64,000 nt of DNA from Macrostomum lignano (Eukaryota): the NCBI GenBank assembly GCA_002269645.1, contig NIVC01003401.1:35600-99599 (forward strand), read 5' to 3'. Both the position numbers and the translations under genes were made by a program. A model generated the notes under the pieces. The model made no database searches. It worked only from the letters and a program-made list of their open reading frames with translations, and was not told where the DNA came from. Positions 1 through 62,006 of this stretch are shown here, in pieces; within the stretch, counting starts at the first letter, position 1; each line of letters begins with the position of its first letter.

Positions 1-3000
1 GTCATAGACACATTGGAATTGCAGTCATAGACACATTGGAATTGCAGTCATAGACACATTGGAATTGCAGTCATAGACACATTGGAATTGCAGTCATAGA
101 CACATTGGAATCTATGAATTGCAGTCATAGACACATTGGAATTGCAGTCATAGACACATTGCGAGTGCAGTCATAGACACATTGCGAGTGCAGTCATAGA
201 CACATTGAAATTGCAGTCATAGACACATTGAAAGTGCAGTCATAGACACATTGCGAGTGCAGTCATTAGACACATTGGAATTGCAGTCATAGACACATCG
301 CGAGTGCAGTCATAGACACATTGGAATTGCAGTCATAGACACATTGGAATTGCAGTCATAGACACATTGGAATTGCAGTCATAGACACATTGGAATTGCA
401 GTCATAGACACATTGGAATTGCAGTCATAGACACATTGGAATTGCAGTCATAGACACATTGGAATTGCAGTCATAGACACATTGGAATTGCAGTCATAGA
501 CACATTGGAATTGCAGTCATAGACACATTGGAATTGCAGTCATAGACACATTGGAATTGCAGTCATAGACACATTGGAATTGCAGTCATAGACACATTGG
601 AATTGCAGTCATAGACACATTGGAATTGCAGTCATAGACACATTGGAATTGCAGTCATAGACACATTGGAATTGCAGTCATAGACACATTGGAATTGCAG
701 TCATAGACACATTGGAATTGCAGTCATAGACACATTGGAATTGCAGTCATAGACACATTGGAATTGCAGTCATAGACACATTGGAATTGCAGTCATAGAC
801 ACATTGGAATTGCAGTCATAGACACATTGGAATTGCAGTCATAGACACATTGGAATTGCAGTCATAGACACATTGGAATTGCAGTCATAGACACATTGGA
901 ATTGCAGTCATAGACACATTGGAATTGCAGTCATAGACACATTGGAATTGCAGTCATAGACACATTGGAATTGCAGTCATAGACACATTGGAATTGCAGT
1001 CATAGACACATTGGAATTGCAGTCATAGACACATTGGAATTGCAGTCATAGACACATTGGAATTGCAGTCATAGACACATTGGAATTGCAGTCATAGACA
1101 CATTGGAATTGCAGTCATAGACACATTGGAATTGCAGTCATAGACACATTGGAATTGCAGTCATAGACACATTGGAATTGCAGTCATAGACACATTGGAA
1201 TTGCAGTCATAGACACATTGGAATTGCAGTCATAGACACATTGGAATTGCAGTCATAGACACATTGGAATTGCAGTCATAGACACATTGGAATTGCAGTC
1301 ATAGACACATTGGAATTGCAGTCATAGACACATTGGAATTGCAGTCATAGACACATTGGAATTGCAGTCATAGACACATTGGAATTGCAGTCATAGACAC
1401 ATTGGAATTGCAGTCATAGACACATTGGAATTGCAGTCATAGACACATTGGAATTGCAGTCATAGACACATTGGAATTGCAGTCATAGACACATTGGAAT
1501 TGCAGTCATAGACACATTGGAATTGCAGTCATAGACACATTGGAATTGCAGTCATAGACACATTGGAATTGCAGTCATAGACACATTGGAATTGCAGTCA
1601 TAGACACATTGGAATTGCAGTCATAGACACATTGGAATTGCAGTCATAGACACATTGGAATTGCAGTCATAGACACATTGGAATTGCAGTCATAGACACA
1701 TTGGAATTGCAGTCATAGACACATTGGAATTGCAGTCATAGACACATTGGAATTGCAGTCATAGACACATTGGAATTGCAGTCATAGACACATTGGAATT
1801 GCAGTCATAGACACATTGGAATTGCAGTCATAGACACATTGGAATTGCAGTCATAGACACATTGGAATTGCAGTCATAGACACATTGGAATTGAATTGCA
1901 GTCATAGACACATTGGAATTGCAGTCATAGACACATTGGAATTGCAGTCATAGACACATTGGAATTGCAGTCATAGACACATTGGAATTGCAGTCATAGA
2001 CACATTGGAATTGCAGTCATAGACACATTGGAATTGCAGTCATAGACACATTGGAATTGCAGTCATAGACACATTGGAATTGCAGTCATAGACACATTGG
2101 AATTGCAGTCATAGACACATTGGAATTGCAGTCATAGACACATTGGAATTGCAGTCATAGACACATTGGAATTGCAGTCATAGACACATTGGAATTGCAG
2201 TCATAGACACATTGGAATTGCAGTCATAGACACATTGGAATTGCAGTCATAGACACATTGGAATTGCAGTCATAGACACATTGGAATTGCAGTCATAGAC
2301 ACATTGGAATTGCAGTCATAGACACATTGGAATTGCAGTCATAGACACATTGGAATTGCAGTCATAGACACATTGGAATTGCAGTCATAGACACATTGGA
2401 ATTGCAGTCATAGACACATTGGAATTGCAGTCATAGACACATTGGAATTGCAGTCATAGACACATTGGAATTGCAGTCATAGACACATTGGAATTGCAGT
2501 CATAGACACATTGGAATTGCAGTCATAGACACATTGGAATTGCAGTCATAGACACATTGGAATTGCAGTCATAGACACATTGGAATTGCAGTCATAGACA
2601 CATTGGAATTGCAGTCATAGACACATTGGAATTGCAGTCATAGACACATTGGAATTGCAGTCATAGACACATTGGAATTGCAGTCATAGACACATTGGAA
2701 TTGCAGTCATAGACACATTGGAATCTATGAATTGCAGTCATAGACACATTGGAATTGCAGTCATAGACACATTGGAGTGCAGTCATAGACACATTGCGAG
2801 TGCAGTCATAGACACATTGGAATTGCAGTCATAGACACATTGGAATGCAGTCATAGACACATTGGAATTGCAGTCATAGACACATTGGAATTGCAGTCAT
2901 AGACACATTGGAATTGCAGTCATAGACACATTGGAATTGCAGTCATAGACACATTGGAATTGCAGTCATAGACACATTGGAATTGCAGTCATAGACACAT

Positions 3001-5462
3001 TGGAATTGCAGTCATAGACACATTGGAATTGCAGTCATAGACACATTGGAATTGCAGTCATAGACACATTGGAATTGCAGTCATAGACACATTGGAATTG
3101 CAGTCATAGACACATTGGAATTGCAGTCATAGACACATTGGAATTGCAGTCATAGACACATTGGAATTGCAGTCATAGACACATTGGAATTGCAGTCATA
3201 GACACATTGGAATTGCAGTCATAGACACATTGGAATTGCAGTCATAGACACATTGGAATTGCAGTCATAGACACATTGGAATTGCAGTCATAGACACATT
3301 GGAATTGCAGTCATAGACACATTGGAATTGCAGTCATAGACACATTGGAATTGCAGTCATAGACACATTGGAATTGCAGTCATAGACACATTGGAATTGC
3401 AGTCATAGACACATTGGAATTGCAGTCATAGACACATTGGAATTGCAGTCATAGACACATTGGAATTGCAGTCATAGACACATTGGAATTGCAGTCATAG
3501 ACACATTGGAATTGCAGTCATAGACACATTGGAATTGCAGTCATAGACACATTGGAATTGCAGTCATAGACACATTGGAATTGCAGTCATAGACACATTG
3601 GAATTGCAGTCATAGACACATTGGAATTGCAGTCATAGACACATTGGAATTGCAGTCATAGACACATTGGAATTGCAGTCATAGACACATTGGAATTGCA
3701 GTCATAGACACATTGGAATTGCAGTCATAGACACATTGGAATTGCAGTCATAGACACATTGGAATTGCAGTCATAGACACATTGGAATTGCAGTCATAGA
3801 CACATTGGAATTGCAGTCATAGACACATTGGAATTGCAGTCATAGACACATTGGAATTGCAGTCATAGACACATTGGAATTGCAGTCATAGACACATTGG
3901 AATTGCAGTCATAGACACATTGGAATTGCAGTCATAGACACATTGGAATTGCAGTCATAGACACATTGGAATTGCAGTCATAGACACATTGGAATTGCAG
4001 TCATAGACACATTGGAATTGCAGTCATAGACACATTGGAATTGCAGTCATAGACACATTGGAATTGCAGTCATAGACACATTGGAATTGCAGTCATAGAC
4101 ACATTGGAATTGCAGTCATAGACACATTGGAATTGCAGTCATAGACACATTGGAATTGCAGTCATAGACACATTGGAATTGCAGTCATAGACACATTGGA
4201 ATTGCAGTCATAGACACATTGGAATTGCAGTCATAGACACATTGGAATTGCAGTCATAGACACATTGGAATTGCAGTCATAGACACATTGGAATTGCAGT
4301 CATAGACACATTGGAATTGCAGTCATAGACACATTGGAATTGCAGTCATAGACACATTGGAATTGCAGTCATAGACACATTGGAATTGCAGTCATAGACA
4401 CATTGGAATTGCAGTCATAGACACATTGGAATTGCAGTCATAGACACATTGGAATTGCAGTCATAGACACATTGGAATTGCAGTCATAGACACATTGGAA
4501 TTGCAGTCATAGACACATTGAGAGTGCAGTCATAGACACATTGGAATTGCAAACATAGACAAATTGGAATTGCAGTCATAGCAAAATTGAGAGTGCAGTC
4601 ATAGCAAAATTGAGAGTGCAGTCATAGACACATTGAAATTGCAGTCATAGACACATTGAAAGTGTAGTCATATACACATTGCGAGTGCAGTCATAGACAC
4701 ATTGCGAGTGCAGTCATAGACACATTGAAATTGCAGTCATAGACACATTGAAAGTGCAGTCATAGACACATTGCGAGTGCAGTCATTAGACACATTGGAA
4801 TTGCAGTCATAGACACATCGCGAGTGCAGTCATAGACACATTGAAATGGCAGTCATAGACACATCGCGAGTGCTATCATAGAGACATTGGAATTGCAGTC
4901 ATAGACACACTGAAGGTGTAGTCACATAGACACATTGAAAGTGCAGTCATAGACACATTGAGAGTGCAGTCATAGACACATTGGAATTGCAGTCATAGAC
5001 ACATTGGAATTGCAGTCATAGACACATCGCGAGTGCAGTCATAGACACATTGAAATGGCAGTCATAGACACATTGAAATGGCAGTCATAGACACATTGAA
5101 ATGGCAGTCATAGACACACTGAAATTGCAGTCATAGACACACTGAAATTGCAATCATAGATAAATTGGAATTGCAGTCATAGCAAAATTGTGAGTGCAGT
5201 CATCGACACATTGCGAGTGCAGTCATTAGACACATTGGAATTGCAGTCATAGACACATCGCGAGTGCAGTCATAGACACATTGAAATGGCAGTCATAGAC
5301 ACATCGCGAGTGCAATCATAGAGACATTGGAATTGCAGTCATAGACACATCGCGAGTGCAGTCATAGACACATTGAAAGTGCAGTCATAGACACATTGCG
5401 AGTGCAGTCATAGACACATTGAAAGTGCAGTCATAGACACATTGCGAGTGCAGTCATAGACA
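1..5462. repeat. 23-bp satellite (GCAGTCATAGACACATTGGAATT), ~235 copies, runs off left edge
   Basis: Direct period-23 repeat; homogeneous core ~310-4520, diverged flanks. Confidence 0.98.
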
Positions 5463-5999
5463 TTTAGCAGTGGAATAAGATTTTAGCCACCAAGAAAACA
5501 CTTTTAAACCATAGCTGACGTGTAGAAGTAGCCTAAACTAAAGTCAATGGACAGAAAATTCTTTAATAACATGCAGCGTCACGACCCAACCCATGGCTAA
5601 TTTAGAAGAAAAAAGGTTCAGCCAATTAAGACCTGGCGCCACAAACTCAGGTAGAAAGCATTCAAGCAAAAAAGCATATTACTCTCTCTGGCTAGCATTG
5701 TTTTGATTGACGTAGCAACGCAGTTTTGTAAAAAGCATGTCTAAGCTAGGACAGAGTGCGTGTAGCAAAATACGGAAGTCTTCTCTCAGCTACACTAAAA
5801 GCATTCTGAGTGGCAGAATGCTTGCGGAAGTTCACGTGACGCAGCTCACAATGGCTATAATAGCTCAAAGAAGACTAACTCCATCTAGCCTAGACATTCC
5901 AGTCCTAGGATTAAAAAAAATTGTGTAGAAATTGTGTGGAAACATGACGAAGACCCCGTGTGACAAATTGAGTCAATTAGGCTAGAAAGAAATTCGCAC

Positions 6000-55165
<49,166 letters not shown>

Positions 55166-55469
55166 TGTGGCACACAAGTGTAAGAACTCCTAAACTGAAC
55201 AAACTACATCACAATTGATTAGAAGCTGAAATTTTACCACAAGAATTAAATTAGTTATAAGGAAATAATTTAAAACATATATTAATATAAAAATATAACT
55301 TTCAAACTTTTTAATTTCCAGGGGGGGTCTTGATTTGCCAGATTTGAATACTGTTAAATCTACACTGTCAGGATGGTAGGTTCGAAGCTTTCAAAAACCC
55401 ATGGATGTAGACTAGACACTTTTACAGATTTTAGGCATGCCACACCCGTGCAAAAAGTGCTGACACCTC

Positions 55470-58203
55470 CTGGCATCGCGGCAAGATCACCAGGCCGCGG
55501 ATGACTACGGTTGGTTCGGACGGCCGCGCTTCGGCTGCGGCAGAAAAGCTCAGCACAGCAGGGACTCGCAGAGGTCGGCGCAGCGTCGCACTGAGCGGCG
55601 GCGCGAGCGCAAGCGGCGAGGGCGACTCCGCGGCGCGGCCAGGCGCCTGTTGTCTCCAGTCCCTGCTACTTCAACTATGGATCCGCCGGGTGGCGCCGGG
55701 GACCACGAGGCCAACCTCCATCTGTCCCCAGCTGTACCAGGTGGCCGCCTCAGGCTCGGCACGATGAACTGCCGAACTCTGAAGGCCCCCTGGCGTCGCA
55801 CCATCCTTGTCCAGCTGGCCCACGACCTACAGCTGGACCTCGTCTCGCTGCAGGAGGTTTCTATCGTGGCTGAGCCGGGGCTCCACTCTGAGGACCTCGG
55901 AGCCGGCTGGAGCCTCCTGTACACGTCGGCAGACAACCGCGGCCGGGGCGGTGTCGGCGTACTGATCGGACCGCGCATCCCGGAGAGCGTGCACTGCATC
56001 TCGCTGTCCCCGCGACTGATTCGGGTCGACCTGCGACTGCGCGCCCGCTGCATCCGGCTGTTCTGCGCGTATGCACCCACCGCTGCTCACCCCGAGGAGG
56101 CTCGTGCCTTCTCCGACTTCCTGGCTGGGCAGCTGGAAGAGGTGCCAAACCGCGACACGCTGGTCCGAGCACTCGCTCTGTGTCGCGGGACGCGAGAACG
56201 CCAACACCGATGCGCTGGAGGACCTGCTTGACCGGCTGGATCTGGTGTCCGCGAACAACCAGTTCCGCAAGCCCCCTGCCCGCCTGGTCACCTTTGCGGG
56301 CTGCAAGAGAAGGCGGCGGAACGCCACGAGGACGGATCGCCACGAGGAGACTGGCGCAACTCGATCATGCGCTGGTTCGCACTCGCGAGCGCCGCCCCGT
56401 CACCAACTGCGACACCATGGCTCCACTGGCTCTCCGGTCAGACCATCGACTCCTGATCTGCGACTTGCGTCTCCGCGACCAGCTCTACCGACCGCCAAAG
56501 CAGCGGCCACGGCGCTACTATCGCGCACTGTTGACACCCGCGTGAAGCGTCATTTCGCGGTGCCTTCGTCGGTGCGCTTGGAGACCAGCGCGAGGCGGAG
56601 TATTCCGACATCAGCACCGCCGTTAGAGCCGCTGCAGAGCAGACGGTCCCGCTGATGCGGCCAGCGCAAAAATCGCTGCCTGTCTAGCTGAGCGACCCCA
56701 TCATCAGGCAGGCGCGGCTCAACATCGAGCGACTCCGCAGAAACCGGCGGCCCACGGGCGACGCTGAAGACGCGTTTGAGCGCCTTCTTGACGAGCGGCA
56801 CAGGCCGCTGTCGATGACGCCATTAGGTCCATCACTGCAGCTGGCCCCGACGTGAAGAGCCGCGCAGTGTGGACGGCCGTCCGGACTCTGACGGGGCGCA
56901 GAAAGCGCGTGGCGCTGAACCTGGCCGGCGACATCCCGGAGGAGCGCAGGAGTGAATTGCGCGACTTCTTCGCCGGCATCGTGAACGCGCCTGCGTCGCC
57001 GCTGCCCGCCAGCTTTGCGATCTCACTGGACACGCCGCTCCCAGCTGAGGAGGACTTCTGCACCAGACCAGTCACCACGGAGGACGTTGTGCTGTTCGCT
57101 CGGAAAACATCAGGCGGAAAGGCGCTCGGCCCTGAGGAAGTCCCGGTCGAAGCGCTGCGGCTCCGCTGTGTGGCCTCCCAGGCGCTCCTGCGCCCACCGA
57201 GTGGACCGTCGCGCACATCGTGCCGATCCCGAAGAAGGCAGCGACAACGCGGAACGAAAACCACCGCGGGATCTCGCTGATGTCCTGCACCGCGAAGCTC
57301 TTCAACCGGCTGCTGCTCGATCGTCTGCAGTCGATGATGCTGGACCCGTACCTGCGGTACGAGCAGAACAGATTCCGGCCGCAACGCGGTACAGTGACAC
57401 AGATCCTCGCACTCCGCCGTGCCATCGAGGAGGCGCGCATCCGCCAGTCTACGCTGATCATTGTCTTCGTTGACTTTCGAAAGGCGTTTGACTCGGAGTT
57501 GAGATCCGCTCTTTCCTTCGTCCTTCGAGCCTACCGAGTCCCGCAGCAGCTAATCGACGCTGTCATGGCGCTGTACTGCGATACTCGAGCTGCTGTGGTG
57601 ACGGCGGACGGCCTGTCTGACCTGTTCGATACTTCATCAGGAGTTCTGCAGGGCGACAGCGACACGCTGCCGCCGTTTCTCTTTGTGCTGCTCCTGGACT
57701 GGGTGCTTCGGACCGCACTCCCCTCGGCTGACGACGGCTCCCTGCTGCGCATGAGCGTGCTTGGCTACGACGACGACCTCGCCCTCCTGTCCTCGTCCGT
57801 TGAAGGCGCCCAGCGCCAGATCGACAGGTTGGTCGAAGTCGCATCGAGCAACGGTCTGATTGTCAACACGCTGAAGACGGAGGTGCTGACTGTGCCGGCC
57901 GACATCCCAGCGGACCTGACGTGCCGCAGCGCAGACAGGCAGACGACCAGGCTCGCACGCTGCGAGCGGTTCACCTACCTCGGCGTTCTGGTGCCTCACG
58001 TGGACGAGGACTTCCGGCGGCGCTGAGGACTTGCCTGCGCGGCCTTCCGTTCAATCAGGGCCATCCTCCATTCCGAAGCGCTGCCCGACCGCCAGAGGGC
58101 TCGGCTGTGGCAGGCGGTGTTCGAAACGTCCTGCTCTACAACGCCGAGACGTGGACGCTGACGGCTACGTTGGAGCGGCAGCTGGACTCGGCGCGCTCAG
58201 GGC
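55470..58203 (+). mobile_element. Degenerate non-LTR retrotransposon (RTE-clade-like LINE), APE endonuclease + reverse transcriptase, frameshifted, 3' end missing
   Basis: GC-rich island. ORF from ATG 55677: GTMNCRTL, VSLQE, GVGVLI (APE); LDHAL, SDHRLL; RT RGISL, VFVDFRKAFDS, GVLQG, YDDD (decayed YADD, 57766), FTYLG, LLYNAETW. Multiple frameshifts. No ORF1 seen. 5' boundary approximate. Confidence 0.9.
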
Positions 58204-59878
58204 TAATCTATGCTCATAATAAATGCAAATAACATAAAGTCTATAGACTCTTACACCTTTTTAGGTCAAAGAGACTTAGCATTATAAAAGGTAAGATAGA
58301 GATATTAGTCATAGTGGTATATTATATTTTGAATTTTTGTATTTTCTGACTAATACTAATTGGTATTCTAGATCTTAAATGAAGTATTTCACCATTTGGA
58401 GCTTTAATTTAGAAAAAACAAGCATAGAAAAACAAATTTAATTTTCAAATCATAAATATAACACATTATATAAAAATAAGTATGGCATACTATTACCATT
58501 ACTGTTAAAAAAAATTTGTTTGTTAAAAGTTGTTCAAAATATCAAAATGCTATTTAATATAAAATGTTTAATACTTCTTATATTATAATAGTATAAACTT
58601 CAGGCAATAAGTGACATGTTTTTTCAATTTGCTTATTGTTTTTGTAACTTTTCATATAGTAAACATTTCTTGCAAAATATTTTGCATATACTAGGCCCCA
58701 AATATATAATTTTCTGAAAATATTTTTATTCAGCATATATCTGATATCTTTGAGAATTTATATATTCAACTATATTATTATACCAATCTAAATTATAATG
58801 AACATAGTATTTTTTCAAGTTTCATTTTGTTTCTATAGCAATATTTGCTTTCTAGAGCTTTCTAGGTTATATATGCTTAGTTATAGCAATAAATATAGGC
58901 CTAGCTAGGCCTAAGGCAAAGCAAGAATATATATAGGCGAATTTATAAAAAATATTGTTTTTAACATTGTCCTATTATATTATTATATTTTTGTTGAAAC
59001 CTCCAATAGGCCCCATAGTCTAGATCATGCTGGCTATACAATATAAGGCATTTGGCATGCACTTCATTTTATGCCAAATTATACCAAGTAGAAAAATGGC
59101 CTAAGGTTTTATACCAAATTATACTAAAGAAAACAATGGCTCTGTGATACTTCATGCCAAATTATACCTAGAATGATGCCTAGAATCCAATATACTAAAA
59201 AAATCAAAACTATGTACCTATAGGAACCTTCACTTAACTTGAGCTATGTAGCTATGCAATTGATTTCAGAAAAAAAAGCTCAACCAATTTTCTTCAAACA
59301 TGCACCATTCGATTAGAAATTTTCCTGGGATGGTACATGCATCTTAGCTAAGAAATTGCTCAATGTTAAAGGGATTAAATATTCCAAAAACATACTTTTT
59401 GGAAAGGTCAAGCAGCTCTTTTGACCTGAAATGCATTATAAGAATGCTAGAGACAAAACTGATTGGCTGAATTCTGATTTTGATCTTTATTCTAAAAAAT
59501 ATCAAATGGAGAATATAGTTTTGTAAAGCTGGCCTTATTGGGGCCTAATTTTGCCTTGCTATAAACATAATAAAAATACAAAAGCATAATAATATGGTCA
59601 TATGCCTTAATTTTGTTATTTATGAAAGTTGTGAATGATTATAAAAACAAATAAATATTTCCTTAAAACTATTGTAAAAAGCTTTGTTATACAAGTAGGC
59701 CTAGTAGATTTTGCGCAAATTTGTGGTATATACAAGGAATTTTCTGGTGCACATGGCACATGGTAAGCCACACTCAGCATAAAGTCTATAGTAAAATCTT
59801 CTTAGTTCATATCCATATGTAAAGTGTGACATATAAATGTATACTTGCTCATTTTTTAAATATTCAATTCAATTCAAA

Positions 59879-60259
59879 GAGCCTCTTCATATTGCCAGTT
59901 CGAAAAATGGAACCGGTTCCGAACCAGTTTGACGCTCTTCATATCAATGGTTCGAAAAATAAAATCAGTTCTGGAACATGGTTCTGGTTCTAGAATATGG
60001 TTCGAGAAATTTTCTCAAACCGTTGTCATGTTTACACTTTAACAGTAAAATATATTTGAAATCGTCAATTTTTTTATTATTGTTATATAATTATTCTTTT
60101 TTTGTCATATCCAAAAAAAAACAAATTCAAAAAACAACAAAATTAAATTGTAAAGACTGTCAAACATAACATGGGTTTGAAGCTCCTCATTTCACACTGG
60201 TTCTGGTTCTAGAACTCGAATTTATTCTGGTTCTAGAACTGATTGCCATGAAGAGGCTC
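59879..60259. mobile_element. MITE (non-autonomous DNA transposon), PIF/Harbinger-like termini
   Basis: TIR GAGCCTCTTCAT...ATGAAGAGGCTC (12 bp perfect, ~23 bp imperfect). Flanks AAA/AAA (or caattcaaa/aaattcaaa). Internal GGTTCTGGTTCTAGAA repeats. Confidence 0.7.
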
Positions 60260-60822
60260 AAATTCAAATAATACAAAAAAGTTTTTTGGAATTTACAAAT
60301 TATATATTTGTTTTGAAAAAATTAAAGTTTAATAAACATCATTATTTCGTTAATGTTAAATAAAAAATAAATAAATGCATAAAACTTAAATTTCAAAATA
60401 AGATTCAAAAATTAAGACTTTCTTTCATTTTTTTCAAGTTTTATATTACAAAGTTGCCTAATACAAGGTGCACATTTCTTTTTCAGGCACACATGCACTT
60501 TTTTACTTGGCGCACGCTGCACAGTTAAAAATTTTACTGGGGATTTGTTGTGGTGCACATGGTGCACCTTCCTGACCATGGTAATGGACTACAGAGTACA
60601 GAATAGGACAACTTATTATTATAATACTAATAGGATATTAGGCCCTACGCCCTAAGCATTTGCAAAATCATTGACATTATAGGCCCTACTACAAGTCCAA
60701 AATTATCAAAAAGCTATGCCTAATAATAATACAAATATTTGGCCCTTTATTCTGGACCCTGAAAAAATAGTTATTTTGGAGTTTAGACGTAGGCCTACAA
60801 TTAATTGATTATTTATAATGCT

Positions 60823-61275
60823 GGTGTAAGACCAAGACCGCCACACACCAAGACTGCCACACTTGGGTGTTGGGGAGCTAGGGGGGGGGGCAGAATTTGG
60901 CTTGCCATGTTATTGGATAGGCCTAGTGCTGAGGAGGGGTAAGATAGGGAGAGCCAGCAGGACAAGGCCGCAAAAGAGGAACCAGTGAGCAGGCTGGGTG
61001 GGTGAGTGAGCCAGGCTCCTTGTTTTTTCATTCAATTTGAATTGTAAAGGAACTATAAGATATTGTTAAAATTGTCCTTGTTGTCTTGCCATCATTTTGG
61101 ACCACTTATTTGTCTTATTAGTGACCAATCTTGGGATGCTTCCTCCTTGACCTCATCTAACTTCATAACCCATCACAACCAATAGCAATGCTGGAAGATT
61201 GGTAGCTCCCCCTAAATTCCAGTAGCCAGTAAGAGCTGTGGCGGTCTTGGTGTGTGGCAGTCTTGGTCCTGTACC
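60823..61275. mobile_element. MITE with GG..CC termini and 8-bp TSD (Merlin-like; hAT not excluded)
   Basis: ~45-bp imperfect TIRs built of doubled ACCAAGACCGCCACAC units; TSD ataatgct (60815-60822)/ataacgct (61276-61283). Confidence 0.7.
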
Positions 61276-61939
61276 ATAACGCTGGTGTTAGTTCTTTACA
61301 TAGATAATACACAGAAATTGTTTCCTTCCTGCGGCACAGCGAACCGCTAAAACCTTGGCTAAGTTAAAATGTTGTGTACATAAAGGACAGTCGACAGTGA
61401 GGAAAAATCTGCTAAAAGTAATAAATTTGACTAAAAAACTAAAACCGAGATCAGGAAAAACGAAAAAATCTGAGTAGATTATAGCTACACGTCTATCATT
61501 TCACTGAATTATTTAACTCGTCGACTAATTATCCTTCCTCTTCAAAGCTTAATCAGAAATACAATGTGCATAGAAGTATTATAGCTCAAGCTTGAGCCCT
61601 TATCAATCACCTCTAGCCGTTTTTAGTTTGTTGCTCACGTTACGATTTCTTAGATTTTTGTAAAGTCAAATACTATAAGCAGAAAAAGCTTTTTACATTG
61701 TTTGGTACAACTTATCTTTCTAAGCCACTGAAATCTGAAATTGCACAGATTTATAGTGTTTTTATTTTGTAGCAAAAAATGGTCAAAACAAAATTTTGTT
61801 TTTTGTTTTACCAAGTAAATTTCGTTAATAAATCGTACTTATATTATTTAATTGTTTTTTAATTGTTGTTTAGCGAAATCTGAGCAAATTTTTACAGTTT
61901 TGCGGCCCAAAAAAACTTTTGAATAGTTACTTCGCTATC

Positions 61940-62006
61940 ATGAACCGATTTTTACTAGCTATCACAGCATGCTTTCTGTTGCAACAGTCCGAAAAATGCT
62001 TTGCGG
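61940..62006 (+). CDS. PLXDC-like exon 1 (signal peptide)
   Basis: ATG at 61940, GTAAGT donor, phase 1. Confidence 0.7.

Noticed and set aside
55323-55379. GGLDLPDL peptide resembling the L1/Tx1 GGLGLPD motif
   Set aside because: Under 20 codons, flanked by stops and AT-rich DNA with no further homology visible.
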